Shown here in pieces: positions 24,650-42,000 of a stretch of 64,000 nucleotides of DNA. The stretch's first letter is position 1. Every line of letters begins with the position of its first letter. The position numbers and the translations under genes are program-made. The DNA is from Piromyces finnis finn. Taxonomy: Eukaryota; Fungi; Neocallimastigomycota. The stretch spans positions 248,001 through 312,000 of the forward strand of contig MCFH01000035.1 in assembly GCA_002104945.1 (NCBI GenBank). Direction: 5' to 3'. A model generated the notes under the pieces. It saw only the letters and a program-made list of their open reading frames with translations. It searched no databases and was not told the DNA's origin.

Positions 24650-27565
24650 TTTTTTTTAATTTATTTATTTAATTAGAATGTACTGTATAATAATAAATTT
24701 GTTTTTATAATTATTTTATTTTTGAAATTTAGTTTTGTTTTTTGTTTGATAAATAATTACAATTAGTTTCTATTTGAATCGTTTTATTATTATTAATTGT
24801 TGGATAATATTATTTATTATATATTATATATAATATAAATTAGTGGTATTAATCCGAGGTGTTAATATTTTATAAATAGTGGTTTTCAGTGTCAAGAAAT
24901 TATAATTTAATATATAATAAATAACAATTAATCCTTTTAATTTTCTGTTATTAAAAGCATTCATAATTTAACATATATTTTTAATAATTATTTATACAAT
25001 ATATATACTTACTTCAAGATAGAAGAGTTAAAAATTTTCTTGATATGTGAAAAAAAAAAAAATACCTTTAAAATATTATCTTTATTAACAATTTTGATTA
25101 TTTATTATTAATAATACAAAATGAAAGCCTTTTTTCTCTCTTTTTTTTTTTTTTAATAATTTATATACACAAAAAGGATTATTATTATTTCTTGTTTCTA
25201 TAATATTTGTGTTTTTTTTTTTTCTTTCTTATATTATTTTTATATCTTCTTTCTTTTTATATTTTATACTATTAACCATTTATTTTAATATGTTATAAAT
25301 AGTTAATGGTATAAAATTGATATATTTATTGTTATATTAATAACTTTGTCTTTATACTTTAATTATTATTATTTTAAAATAAATGTTATGTTTTATCTTT
25401 TTTGTTTTTTATTATTGTTATTGTTATATTATTATTGTATTGACTTTTTTTTATATATTTTTAATGAAAGAAAGAAAAAAAGAAAAAATAGAAATAAAAA
25501 AAAAAAAAGTATTTTTTATTTCAATACATAATAAAACTTTATATGATAATAAATTCAAATCTCTAATTATAAGATTCTTAATTTATTAAAAAAATTTTTT
25601 ATTGAAAAAAAAAAAAAATGCAAAACAAGGTCAAAAGATAAAAAGTAATAAAAATGTTTAAAAGTATTGAATAATTATAAAATTAATTAATGATAAATAA
25701 AAAGTAATATTAATTATTTGTAAATGAATAGAAAAAGAGTTTTATATAAATCTCGTTTTTTTTTTCTTTTATTAATAGTAATGATTAAAAAAAGAAAAAG
25801 AGTAGTTATAATGAAGTTATATTTTTATTTAATAACTACAAATAAATTTAAAAATTTTGTTTTGTTTTTTTTATTTTATTTTATTAAAAATTAAATGACG
25901 GTCAATATAATTTTATATATAATTATTCTATATTATTGATTATATTGCAATATATTTATTTATATATTGCTAAATTAAATGTTCAATAAGATACTCTTTT
26001 TAGTAAAAAAAGAAATAAAACAAAAAAGGAAATTGTGTAATGTAAAACCAAAAAAATAATTTAATTAATAACATATATTAAAATCAATTGAAAATATATT
26101 AAAATAAATTTGTAATATATTTTATAAAGATATATAAAAAATTAATATTAATAGAATATATTAAATTTAATTTACTTTTCTATATATGATAATATATGAA
26201 ATAAATAATATTGGATTATTTGATATAATATATTACTACTAAATTAATTTAATTTAATATATTTAAAAATAGATAGATTAAAATTATATTGAATGATAGC
26301 TTTTGAAGTTTCAGTTTTTTTTTGTGTCATAAAGTAGATGAAGAAAAGAAACGTAACAAAAGAAAAGTTGACTATGAATTGTATGAATATGTGAATATTT
26401 TATTTTGTTTCTGTTATTAATTACTATAATTATTAATATCTAACATAAAGTGGTATATAAAATAATAATTAATTGTTTTCATTACTCTATAGAATAAAAA
26501 TTATTCATGACCATATATTTAATAAATTTTTATTTCAATAAATTAATAATATGCCTTTCATCATAAATCAATCTTTATAATTAATATTTTATAATAAATA
26601 GTATATTTCATTTTATATATATTAGAGAAGCTTTCATGCCACCTGTCATTTACTTTTATAAAGCTGAGAGATTAATGAATGTTTTACCATACTTCCTATT
26701 TAAAGTTTTTAAATATTTATTTAATTTAGAGAAATAATTGTAAAAAAAAATTACCTTATTTATATTAAATGAACTTAATACATGAAAATCTTGTATAAAA
26801 ACTTTATCTTTTTAGTTTATACAAAAAAAAAAAAAAAAAAAGAAATAATAAACGTGACATAAACCTATTTTTGACCTATTACTACTAATAATGGTAGTAT
26901 TTAATTATTTATTATTATATTATAATAATGATAATTAACAGTATTAATTATTTAGATTTTATTATAAAAAAAAGATCAATTAAAAATTTCTATAATTGGA
27001 TAAAGTAAATTAATTAAATTTTTTTTTTTTATTTTTTAAAAAAAAGAAATTAGATTATAATGGATTTGCCATTATTGAATTTAACATTTTATAAGAAATA
27101 TAGGAATATTTAATAATATTAATTAACAAACAAAACTTTTTTTTTTTTAATAATTCAGTATATAACAACGAATTTAATAATAAAATTTTGAAAACATAGT
27201 AACTATTTCTTTATAATAAAATAAAAATTATTCTAATGATTAAGTATATATCAATTATAATCAAAAGCATGTATATACATTTTTAGCATAATAAAAATTA
27301 TACATGTTAGTTGAAATTAAGATTTAAGATAGAATACATCTTTTCATTTTACACATGAAATATCAAAAGAAAGAACATTAGGAGTTCTATTAAATTAAAT
27401 AAAAATGATATGTAAATCATTTAAATTATTATAGTATTTATTTTTATTTAATTTTCTATGTAATATGAATTATATATTTTTATTTATTAATTTTTTTTTT
27501 ATAATTTTATTTTTTTTCTAATATAATATTTGGTGTGACTTATTTTTCTTTTTCTTTTAACTATT

Positions 27566-29327
<1,762 letters not shown>

Positions 29328-30300
29328 AATGTTATTATTTTCCTTCTTTTTTAAAGAAATATAAAAATAAAGTACAATAAAATAAGAAAGGAAATAAAGT
29401 TTTTATTAATGAATAATAAAAGATATTCAATAACAAAAATTCTGTCTATTAAATATCTTTTTTTTTTCGATTTGATGAATAAACTTTATTTTTTTTATTT
29501 AAAAATTTTAAAGATTTTTGGTAAAATGATTTCCAATCATATTTTGTTCTAATTAAAAAAATAAATACAATAATAATATATATTTTGTTAATAATAATCT
29601 TTATATAAAAAAAATAAATGTATTTTTATAATTCATAAAAATGATATTATAATTTAAAAAAATTAGATATAATACTTAGATATATAACAATAAGAATAAA
29701 CACTAATTCCATAAATATTAGTACTGGTATTATCATTATTATTTAATTGTTATTTATTTAATTATTATTTACTTTAAATATTTTCATTTTAATTACATTT
29801 TTTTACATTTATTTAATAATGTATTTGAAAATGTAATTTAATTTTTTTTTCTATTTCTCTCAATAATTTTTCTATTTTTATAATTAATAAAAATTATTTT
29901 TAATTATTAAATTTTTATAATTAATGTATATTTTATATTCAAAAAAAAAAAAAAAATAAAAATAAAAATAAAACAACTGTTAATTTATATTCTATGATAT
30001 TATAATATAATATCTAACAGTACACAATATACATTATTATTAATAATGAATATGTATACTTTTTTTTTACTTGTTATCATATCATATATCAAATTACTGA
30101 AATTTTAAAATTCAAATATTAAATGAACAAATATTATATTAATTAAATAAATTATCTATTAATAAATAAATTGATAAATAAATAAATTATTAATTAATAA
30201 TTAAAATTTTTTTATTCCATTAATAATCTTATTTAAATTGAAATTTTGAAATTCAATTTAATAAACAAAAAAATTAAATATAATAAAATTATTTAATTCA

Positions 30301-30337
<37 letters not shown>

Positions 30338-30807
30338 TTATTTTTTTTTATTTTTAAAAAACTATTCATATTTTTTAATTAAAATAGTTAAATTATTAAA
30401 TTGGCAAAAAAATAAAAAAACAAATAATATTGTAAAATAATACAATTTAAATAGAAAAGAGTTTTGCAATATTAATAGAAAGATAAAAGACTTTTTAAAG
30501 AAACTAAAAATTATTCAATTAAAAAATAAAAAGTACAAACTATTTTATTTGATTTTTTTTTTTTAAAAAAAAAAATCACAATATTAAATGATATAATTGT
30601 GACAATATTACTTTATATTCATAAATAAAAATAATATAAAAAGTAGTCTTGATTTTTATAGAAATAACATAAAATTATGTATTTTCAATTTACATTTTAT
30701 TTCATTATTATTACACATTGATATATTCTACTTTCAATCAAAACAAAAGAAAAGAAAAATAAAAGACTTTTAAAATAATTATATACTATTTAAAATCATA
30801 TTAAAAC

Positions 30808-33800
30808 ATGGATTCAAAAGCAGAATATCAATTATCGTAAGTATATTATGTAAGATTATTTTTATGATTAATTTTTCGAATTCTAATGCAATGTAATGAT
30901 TATAGTAATGCTTTAGAATTAGATAAGAAGTATAAAAAGTTGTTTATTGAAAAGGGGGCTTTTAATGAAGAAGTTGAAAAATGCAGAAATATGTAAGTAA
31001 AAAGAAAAAGAAAAATAGTCATGATAATCAAATTTTATAGCTAATTAAAAGAAATTATGATTTCACCAACAATCTTTAAAAAATATAAATATAATAGACT
31101 TCGTAATTCTTTTGAACAAATATTCTTAATTGATTTAAATTATGCTGTATCAAATGATATTGAATCTTCACTTTGGAGAAATATATTTTATTTAGTTATT
31201 GATGACTACAGAAAGAAAAATAAAGAAGTAATTATAAGGCCTTTTTTTCAATATAAATTTGTTTAATATTATATTTTAATTTTATTAATTGTTATAATAA
31301 CTTCATAATTGAAATTTTTGAATTGTGAAAAAAAAAAAAAAGTATAAACGAGCATACAGCACTTTAACTCCTGAAAGAAAATTTGAATTTAAAGTTTATT
31401 CTTCTTTATTCCATTCATTTATTAAAGAATCTATCAACTTTTACACTGATTTCATTCAAAAATTAACAAAATTGTATAGCTTATCTCAAGTTTCAAGAGT
31501 TTTTAAACCAATAGAATTAAGTTTGGTTGATGTAGATATTGGTAATATTTCAGTAAAAATATTAAAAAAAAAAACTAACAATAAATTTTTAAAGATTGTT
31601 AATTGATTTGTTTTAATAATAATAACAATAATAAAAATCAATAATTAGAACCATTGGAAACTTTACAAATTAATGAAAAAACAAAAGAAATCGCTATTAA
31701 AGTTTGTCATCAAACATTAATTTATCTTGGTGATTTAAGTAATATTATTAATCTTTTTTTTATAATTCATTGAAATGTATCATACATTTCAAAGTAATTT
31801 AATATAATATTGAAAAATTAACAATAATATTCCATAAATTAATTATAAAAATTTATTTTTAAATTAAAATTTATAGTAAGATACGCTGAAATGTATTCTG
31901 AAGTATCATATAAAAACTGGGGTATTGCTGAAAACTATTACCAAATGGCCATTCAATTAATTCCATTTAATGGTAATCCATTTAATCAATTAGCAGTCAT
32001 TGCTTCTTATGAATTAAAAAGTACCATTGCTATTGAAAATTATATGAGAAGGTAAAATTAAAAAATTTAATAGCATTTATTATTTATAATATATTTAAAT
32101 GAGCAAAATTATAATTTATAAATTTAAATCAATATATATATATTTTTTTTAAAAAAAAAAAAACTCTAAATAATACAAAAATATAATATCTATTTATTTA
32201 TCTATCTATCTATCTATCGATTTATTCATTAATTACATTATATACAAATAAAATGGATACTAATTTAAATAATGAAATAATAAAAAAATTAATCAATAAA
32301 TCCACATTATTCAATATCAATTCAAATCATAATAATATTAACAGTCTTGTTATCAAAGTACCATTTTCTACCTCAAGTGATAACTTGTATTTAGCAATTG
32401 AAAAAGTAAAATCTAAAAAGGATATATTAAAGGAAAAATTCAAAAATCGTCAATATCCAAATTCCTTCTCGAAAGCATATATTACTAGTTTAAAGGGTGA
32501 CTTTTTAAATGATTATGAACGACTAATTAGCTATACCTATGGAAATTCTAGAGAGTAATAAAAAAATTGCCTAAAATTATAAATTCTATATTATTTTCCA
32601 TATTTAATAATAAATTTTTATTAAATATTACATTTTAATTTATTTTATACATTACATATATTAATTTTTATATCTCTTTACCCCAATCATATATATATTT
32701 AAAGTATGAGCAAATTTTTGGAATTGAAAACTTATATTATTGATATTCTTCCAATTTTATTAGAAACAAAAATCCTTGATACTGATACATTAATTACTTT
32801 AACAACTATCAATATGGCACTTCATTATTTATTAATCAATAAACATTTAACAAAATTGTGTAAAATTAAAAAGGAAAATATCCCAAGCGATTTTGATGAG
32901 CCTCAACCTATGGATGATATGATGAAGGAGGAACTTTTAAAATTCAATATAGAATTTTTCAATACTATTTTAATAGTTGCTCTTCGCAAAGAAAACACCA
33001 TTACTGTCAATGGTTCTACATTTTCTTACGCAAATGCAGTATCCCAAGATGATCATAAAAAGAAACAAGTAAATGAAGAGGATAAAGAGATGACCTATAA
33101 AAATTTAATGGATTTAGTAGTAAATATTATTATTTATACTCAATGGTGTAAGGTAAAATTAAGTGAAGGATGTTCCATATTAATTGATAATAAGGAATGG
33201 ATGATAAATTTAAAAGAGGTATTAAAAATTGTAAATGATATTGCCCCAATAAAAGTTGAGACCTTAATTAATAATAAAAAGCAAGAATTATTTGTATCAG
33301 AAAATGGTTACTTCCTCTTCAAAAATGCAGTCTATTTGAGAGGTTTTATTCCATTACTTGATAATGATGCACATAATAATGAAAAAGTATTGGGTACCAG
33401 CTATTATAAAAATTTTGAAGATATTTTATCCAATACAAATGATGTAGTCAATAATCAAATTCAATATTTAATTAAATTAGCCTATGAATTATCAAGTATC
33501 TCAAATGGAAACCTTTTATTTTCACTTAAAGAAAATCCAATTAATCATAAAGTAAAATTAATTTTCACAAATTCAAAAGAAGAAGCACTTAAAATTAATG
33601 GTGTTAATGTTCTTACAGGAAAAACTTCGTATGAAAGTTTGTCAAATCTCAATGACGAAAATAATGACAATGATGATGATGATGATGACAGTATGACTGA
33701 AACTATTGTATTTACAGGAAGAAATAAAGGTAATAAAACACCACCAAATGAACCAAAAGCAGAAAACAAAGGTATTTTTTTTTCCTAAAATATAATTTGA

Positions 33801-36025
33801 TAATTTATAAAATATTTTATTGATGCCTTATAAATTATATTGTTTAATTTTCTCTGTAATTCGAATAACATATTAATTTAAATTAACTCAATCTTATATT
33901 TTATATATTTGTATGACATAAATTAATATGTTAAATTTAAATATATCAAAACTCTTTAAATAACATATTTCTTAATAAAGTTGTTGAACAAACCATTAAT
34001 AAAAATTCTGAACCTAGTAATCATGAATCTAATAAGGGTGACTCGGTTTCAGAAAAAATTCCAAAGCCATTAACAATAAATAAAATGACTGATTCTAATA
34101 AAGGTAAAAGTGATCTCCCAATAAAACGAATTATTGATGAAAAGGATGATGACCTTGATATAAGTATGGATATAAAAAATATTATTGGTGATACTTGTGA
34201 ACTTCCATCAGAACAAACAAACAATTACAGAAATGATACAAATGTCATGAATTTAATGGAGAATATCAATAACCAGACACCTTCTACTGCCTTTATTTCA
34301 AACACCACAACACCATCTGGACTCTTTTCACCTTTTGATTGGAATAAAGACTACGCCTATCCATTTACTAATTCCAGTTCAATCATTCCTGTACAAAATC
34401 CAAACAAGACAGGTAATGACCCATTAAATACGTCAAGAAAAGATTCTAGTCATGATAAATTAAAAGAAAAAGGAAATACACCTGTGGATTTCGGATATAA
34501 ATGGCTTCAAAATCAAAATATGTATGCTCAGCCTTCTAATTATATAGGTAATAAACATAAAAGTTACGATGAAAATACTTTAAATATGCCTAAAATAATG
34601 AATACCGAGGATCACCCATCTATTCCTCCTGGTTTAAGTGTTCAAACCAAAAATAAAGTTCCTCAAATGTTTAATAGTTCAGCTCCATCCTCAGCTAATT
34701 CAGACAATTTTGTCTCTGCCGATATATTTAATCGTATTGAAAATCAATCTAAATTGAACACGCCAATTACCTCCAATTCAAATTACAACATATCTAATAA
34801 GAATGATGATGGTAATACCATTTCCCCTAATGAATTTAATCCTTTGCAACCACCTACTCAAAAGGCATCTACCGTTCCAACTCAGTCCATTCCAAGTCAA
34901 TCTTCTTCATCCCAAAATCAGCCAACCTCAACCACGCCACACGCTCCACTTCAATCCCCACAATCTAATGTCCAACCTATTCAACCACCTACCCAAGATT
35001 TTTCCTCCTTAAACTCATCCAATCTTACCACTCCTATTGGTCTAACCGAATCACCAAGTCAAAACCTTTTAAATAATCCATTATTTATGCCACCAAAACC
35101 TCAAACTTCTTTAACCTTCCCACCCTTCCCAAATCCTCAAATTACACCTCAAAAACAAAATTTGTCTTCTCAACAATCCACGCCATCCCATCTTCAATCC
35201 CCATTATACTTACAAAACAACAGCTCTAGTATTAATTCACCGGTAACTCAAATATTCTTAACTAATCAAATTCCTCCCCCATTCCAATCTTTAGTTCAAA
35301 ACAGTAATATGAATAATTCTCCAGAACAACTTCAAACTACATCCGGTACTAAACCTCTACCAAATTCAACCCTACAAAATCCATTATTTTCTTTACCATA
35401 TACCTCACAGATTTATCCTCCTGGATTTAATCCATCCCTTCTTCAAGCTCAATCCCAATCCCAACCACCTTCCCAACCATTAACTTCTTTACCAAATAAT
35501 CTTACCGGAAATAATCTCGCAGGAAATATACCTAAAAATTTACCAGGAACTATGCCAGTAAATTCCAATATTCCTATGCCATTAGGGATGGGAACTATGA
35601 ATAATAATCTTTTTGGAAATGTTCCATTAGCGAACTTCCCAAATGTTGATCCAAGACTTATGGGTATGCCATCCAATCCAACAAATCTTAATCCTTTGAA
35701 CAATTTATTATTAAATCCAGCTGCTGCACTTCAATCCCTTGCTTCTTCAAATCATCAAGCCCCACCTAATTCGATGGTTCCACCTATGAATCTTCCTTTA
35801 GGAATGAATGTTAACCCACCTAATTCAACTCATCCAATATCTCAATCAAGTACATCTGTTTCCGATGGTAATGGCAATAGTAATGATAATGGCAATAACA
35901 ATGGCAATCCTCAAGCAGTCAATCCATTATTTTTTTTAAATAATCCACTTTCTTTTAACAGTGTAGGTAATGGTATGTTTTATGACGATAATACAACATC
36001 AACCAATAATTTAAAGCCAATTTAA
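30808..36025 (+). CDS. Est1/Ebs1/SMG7-like protein (14-3-3-like TPR domain plus long low-complexity C-terminus), multi-exon
   Basis: Spliced exons give LRNSFEQIFLIDLNYAVSNDIESSLWRNIFY, VCHQTLIYLGDLSRY and AENYYQMAIQLIPFNGNPFNQLAVIAS (Est1 DNA/RNA-binding domain motifs). The last exon 33981..36025 is in frame with the 34085 ORF and is P/Q/S/N-rich. No PIN domain seen. Some internal exon boundaries were not fully resolved. Confidence 0.85.
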
Positions 36026-36345
36026 TTTTCTTTTATTAAATAAAATGAAAAACAATGCCTATTACAATGTATAGGTATTTATTTATTTATTTATTTATAT
36101 ATTTATATATTTATTTATTTTTAATTTTTCATTTTAAAATTAATCCTTATATAACTTTATATCAAATAATCATCAATATCATAAAAAAAATTGTTTATAT
36201 AAAAATTATACAATTAATAATAATAATAATAATAATAATAACTTGATAAGCAATTTCAATTTTAAGGATTTTGTTAATAATTATTTTTAGTTTTTTTTTT
36301 TTTTTTTTAGAAAGTTCTTTATTTACTTTTTTTTCAGGTGATACA

Positions 36346-36378
<33 letters not shown>

Positions 36379-39085
36379 TTAAATTTTCAAACAAAATAAA
36401 AATGTATTTTATATTTTAAATTAAAGAAAAGATGATAACAGTATTAAATATTATAAAGCTTTAAATGACTTTGAGTTGTTTAATAAAGTTTTCCAACTCA
36501 ACAAAACAAATGTCTAAATTTTTTATATATGTGTAATGTATTAAATGGACAACACATTAACTAAAATAATTTCTACATTTTATGATAAAGTTTTTTTTAA
36601 AGTAATTATTATTTTTTTATAACATTATATATTTATTCTAAAATCATTTATATTTATGATCATGTTAATTTTAAAATATAAGGCATGTTTGTAAAAATAA
36701 ACATGAATAATGTGAATAAGAAAAAAGAAAAGTAAAATTAAAATAGTTATTAGTATAAACAATTAAAAAAATGATAAGAATTAACTTTTTAATAAATGAT
36801 ATTTCCTTCCTTTAATATATCATTCAATACCTGCATATTAAATGGTTTAAACTATTTTCAATTTTAGTATTATTTAAATTCAGGTTCTTTTAAAAATGTC
36901 TTTCTTATCCTTCTATTACTACACACTTTTTTTTTTTTTTTAATATTCTTTGTTTCTTTGGGCATGTTCATTCATCCTCCCTTTTTATTTCAACCTATCC
37001 GCAAATGAAAATTTTAAATTCTTAGTCATTTTTTTAAAATAAAAAAAGATATATTAAATCAGCAATTATTAAAAGTTTCATTTTTATCTAAAAGATTAAT
37101 AAATAAAGTTTCACTATTAAATTTAAATTAAGATGTTATATATTAAATTTATATATATTGTAATAAATTTTATTAAAGAAATATAACCTAACCCATATAA
37201 TAAAACTATATATTTAAATATATTAAATTAAACATTTTAATATATTAATTTATATATTATACATATAATTTATTAGTATTCTACACATAATGATATGAAA
37301 CATTAAATATTTTTTAATTTATTTTATAATAATATTTTCTAATAAAATGCATTTAATATTCACTGACTTATATATAAAACATTATATTGCAATATATTTT
37401 ATTTTGTATATCTAATTTAAATTGATAATTTTAGACTTTTTAATCAATTAAAATTAATTTTTAATTAAAATTTTCCATAATTAGCAAAATTTAGTTTATT
37501 ACTTTTATTTATATATTAAATATATTATAATATATTATTTAATTTAGATGGTATAAGAAACTCTTTTAACCTATACTATGCCAAAATTTATATGTATTTT
37601 GATAAGAAGAATCACTAAATACTATTATTAGTAATTCAAACTAGAAATAGAATATGATTTATTATGTTTATATTTATTAATAGTGGAAAGTGGTATAGAA
37701 TCATGGAATAAATAATAAATTCATAATATTTTTTACTAACTTTAATTGACAAAGATTACACCTGCATGTATGTAATGTGTGTAGCAATGTTGTTGCTATG
37801 CAGCAGTGCTTTTTTTTTTTGGTGAATAGTAATAAAGCTTATTTAATATTAAAATATAAATTTCATTTAAAATTAAAGAGTACAGAGTAACTCTAATTAA
37901 TAATATTTTTTATAAATTCACTAAATTGTACAACATAAAAAAGTGGAAAACTTTTAGAGTTTAAAAAGTTTAATTATTATAATTTTCTTTTTTTTTAATA
38001 AAAATTATGTCAAGTTTCTTTTAATATTCTTTTCATCCAATTTATTTTGTTCATATATTAAAATTAATATATTAAATATATTTCAAATATTTTTAAATTG
38101 TAAACATAATATATTAAAATTATATAGATTATATAGACACTATTAATAGTAGATTTTAGTTTTAATCGTATTAAATGATAATTAACAAAAGAAAAATAAA
38201 GATTTATTTATTAATTATAAAATTAAAAAAATACTTTTTTAAATATTATTATTTAGTTTAATAAAAAGAAAAAAAAACTTTTAAAAATTTTTACTTTTTA
38301 TTTTTTTTCTTTTCTTTTTTTTTTATATTTTTAAAATATTCTTATTTTAAAAATTATTTCTTTTTTTAGTTAGTTAATTGTGAATTATTATTATTTTATT
38401 CATAATCAATTTAACAAAAGAAGAAAATAATAATAATAAATAGATATTAATAATAATAATAAAAGGTTTCTTTATATATAAAAATATTTTAAATATTTTC
38501 ATAATACACATACCAACATTATTTTAATTACACAAAATTAAAATAATAAAATAAACATATAAAATCATTTAAATACACTTTTTATGTTTATTTTATTAAG
38601 AAAAGACTAGTTTTCTATTCTATTATAAAAGACTAATTATTTTTAGTTAATATATATAGAAAAATTAAAAGTAATTTTTATTTAAATTACTAATATTACA
38701 AGATATACACAGGTTGTAAGAAAAAAGAAATAAAGACAATATTCTTCTGAGAGGAAAATAAAATAAAATAAAATAGTCAATTATACAATTATCTATTAAT
38801 CTTTGATATTTTATTTTATTTTATTTTAATACTTGAAAATTAAAATCGTTTATAAACAATTTACTCCTATTTTTTTTATTAATAATTTACTATTCAACAA
38901 AATTATTAATATTATAATAATTTGTAAAGTAATAAACAGTAAAGAATAAAGTCGATTTATTATTGTAAATACTTTAGATAAAAACAAATAATTACATAGT
39001 CACACCCAATTTTGTTTATATAAATAACAAAAGTTTATAAAAATACCATATCATTCATATATATAATAGAAAAACAATAATAAAA

Positions 39086-42000
39086 ATGTCATTCGATATA
39101 AATAACAGTGGTCCAGGTGTTTCTGATTTCATTTTATTAAAAGATTTATCAGAAGATGGTTTATTAAAAAACATGAAAAAGAGATGGGAAGATGGATTTA
39201 TATATGTAAGTTTTATAACCATAGTAATAAAATAAATAATAAAAATAAATTAAATAATATGAGCTTTCGACTAATGCACTCTATTATAATGTAATTAAAG
39301 ACATATATTGGTAACGTTATTGTTTCTGTAAATCCATATAAACCAGTTAATTTATACAACAAGGATATAATAGAAGTATATAGAACAAATGACACTAGAG
39401 ACTTACCTCCACATATGTAAGCAATAGAAATGTTTAATTTTTTATAATAAAATATTTTGTAAAAGTTAATATAAATATTTTATTGTGAAACTAAACAAAA
39501 TGATTTACAAAATTTTATTGATATAGTTATTCACTTGCTGATATTACCCTTCGTACTATGAAATATGAAGCTCAAGATCAATGTATTATTATTAGTGGTG
39601 AAAGTGGTTCAGGTAAGACTGAAGCCTCAAAACTCATTATGGAATATATTGCCTCTATAGCAGGAAAGAATTCTAGACAAATTACCGTAGAACATGTTAA
39701 GGATCAATTATTAAATTCAAATCCAGTTTTAGAAGCTTTTGGTAACGCTAAAACTGTAAGAAACGATAATTCCTCTCGTTTTGGTAAATATATGGATCTT
39801 CAATTTGATAACAATGGAAATCCAAGTGGTGGTAAAATTAATACTTACCTTTTAGAAAAGTCTAGAGTTGTTACTCAACAACCAAATGAAAGAAACTTCC
39901 ATATATTTTATCAATTATTAAATGGTGTTGAACCAGAACTTAGAGGTAATTTATAAAAAATAATATAGGTGATAAAAAGATGTTATAAATTAACCATAAA
40001 CTATATCTTTATGCAAATATTTTATATATCCGTAAAATTAAAAATTTTTAGAACACCTTAAATTAAAGGAAAGTGCCAAGTATTATAAATATTTAAATGA
40101 AACCTCTGACGATGTTGATGATGTTAATATTGATAAGAATTCTTTAAATAAAATTATTAATACTATGAATTCTATTGGTATTAGCGATAGTGATCAACTT
40201 ACATTATTAGAAGGTATTGCTGCCATTCTTCACTTGGGTAATATTCAATTTGAACTTGTTGAAGGTGGAGCTAGTGGTAGTACCACACCAGGATCAAAAA
40301 TTACTAATATGGAAGGTAAAATTTAGACAAATAAAATAAAAAATAGAAATCTGTAAATAACAAGCTAAAACATTAAATCTTTTATTTCCCGTTGTAGAGG
40401 TTGAATATACTGCTGAATTATTAGGTGTTGATCCAAATGTACTTGCTACAGCTTTAATTTCAAGATCTATTAATGATTATGCTGGTAAGAGTAAAAAGAT
40501 TATTGTTCCATTGGATGTTGAAAAGGTATAATAAAATAAATTGATAATAAATATTATATAGTTAAATATCCTATATTGATATTAATAACTTTATAATTGT
40601 AGGCTGAATTCAGTAGAGATGCTTTAGCTAAGGCTTTATATAGTTATCTTTTCAACTTTTTAATTGAAAAGGTAAATGATCAAATTAATTCTAATGAAGC
40701 GGATGACTCTCAAAAGCATGTCATTGGTGTTCTTGATATTTACGGTTTTGAAATTTTCGAGGTAATTAGTTTTAAATATTTTTAGCTTTATATTATAAAC
40801 CTTTCAAATGATATTAATTGATGTTTATTGATATATATATAATCCAACAGAAAAACAGTTTCGAACAATTAATTATCAATACTTGTAACGAAAAATTACA
40901 TCAACACTTTATTAGTTACACTTTATTATCTGAACGTGAAGAATATAAGAGAGCTGTAAGCTTTATAATATCTCTTGATAATATTTATTAGAAATATTAT
41001 GTATTAACATGTTATTAAATTTGTTATAGGGTTATTCTTGGGATACCAACTTTTACTTTTCCAATCAACTTGAAAGATCCAAAGAAATGTTCCAACTTAT
41101 TGAATCCGTATGTTTTTTTTTTTTTTTTTTTAAAAAAATATTATTATTTAATATTATACTTTAAATAGATAGAATTTATACAAAATAAATTGAATATGAT
41201 ATACTTAATGAAAATTATAATTTATAATTTGTGAAAATTTAATAGAAGGACAAGGGTATTTTCGCATTATTAGATGAAGAATGTTTAATGCCAGTTCCAA
41301 GTACAACTTCATTCTTAAATAAATTAGATCACTATCATATTAATCACAAGTATTATGATAGTTGTAAAAAGACTAGAAGTAGACGTGTTAGTAAGCTTAG
41401 AACAAAGTCTTTCTCTAATGGTACTCGCCAAAGAAGATCTATTAAAGCTCCAATGCTTACTTCTAATAATACTCATGAATCTGAAGTTATAACTCATGAA
41501 GTTTTCTGGCTTAAGCATTATGCCGGAGAAGTTGATTATTCTATCGACGATTTTGTTGAAAAGAATAATGATACTTTACACAGTGATTTAGTTTTTGCTT
41601 TACATTCTTCTAATAAGGAAACCTTTAGAGATTTAATTCCAAAAACAAAGATCCAAAAAAGTAATAGAGTATCAAGAACTCCAGATACTTTGGGAATGCA
41701 ATTTAGAACTTCATTAGCTAGTTTAATGAAAAATGTTACTTCTAAGACTCCACACTATATTCGTTGTATTAAACCAAATACCACCAAGTCTTCTACTTAT
41801 TACGATGAATCTTTATGTTTAGCTCAATGTAGATACTTGGGTTTACTAGAAAACATTAGAGCTCGTCGTCAATTACCAAAATATGCCGTTCCAATTATCC
41901 AAAGAACTTGGAGAAGTTACAGAGCTCATCGTTTATTAAATGGTATGAAAAAATCTATTATTGAATCTGGAAATGATTGGATTAATATTAAATGGGAAAA

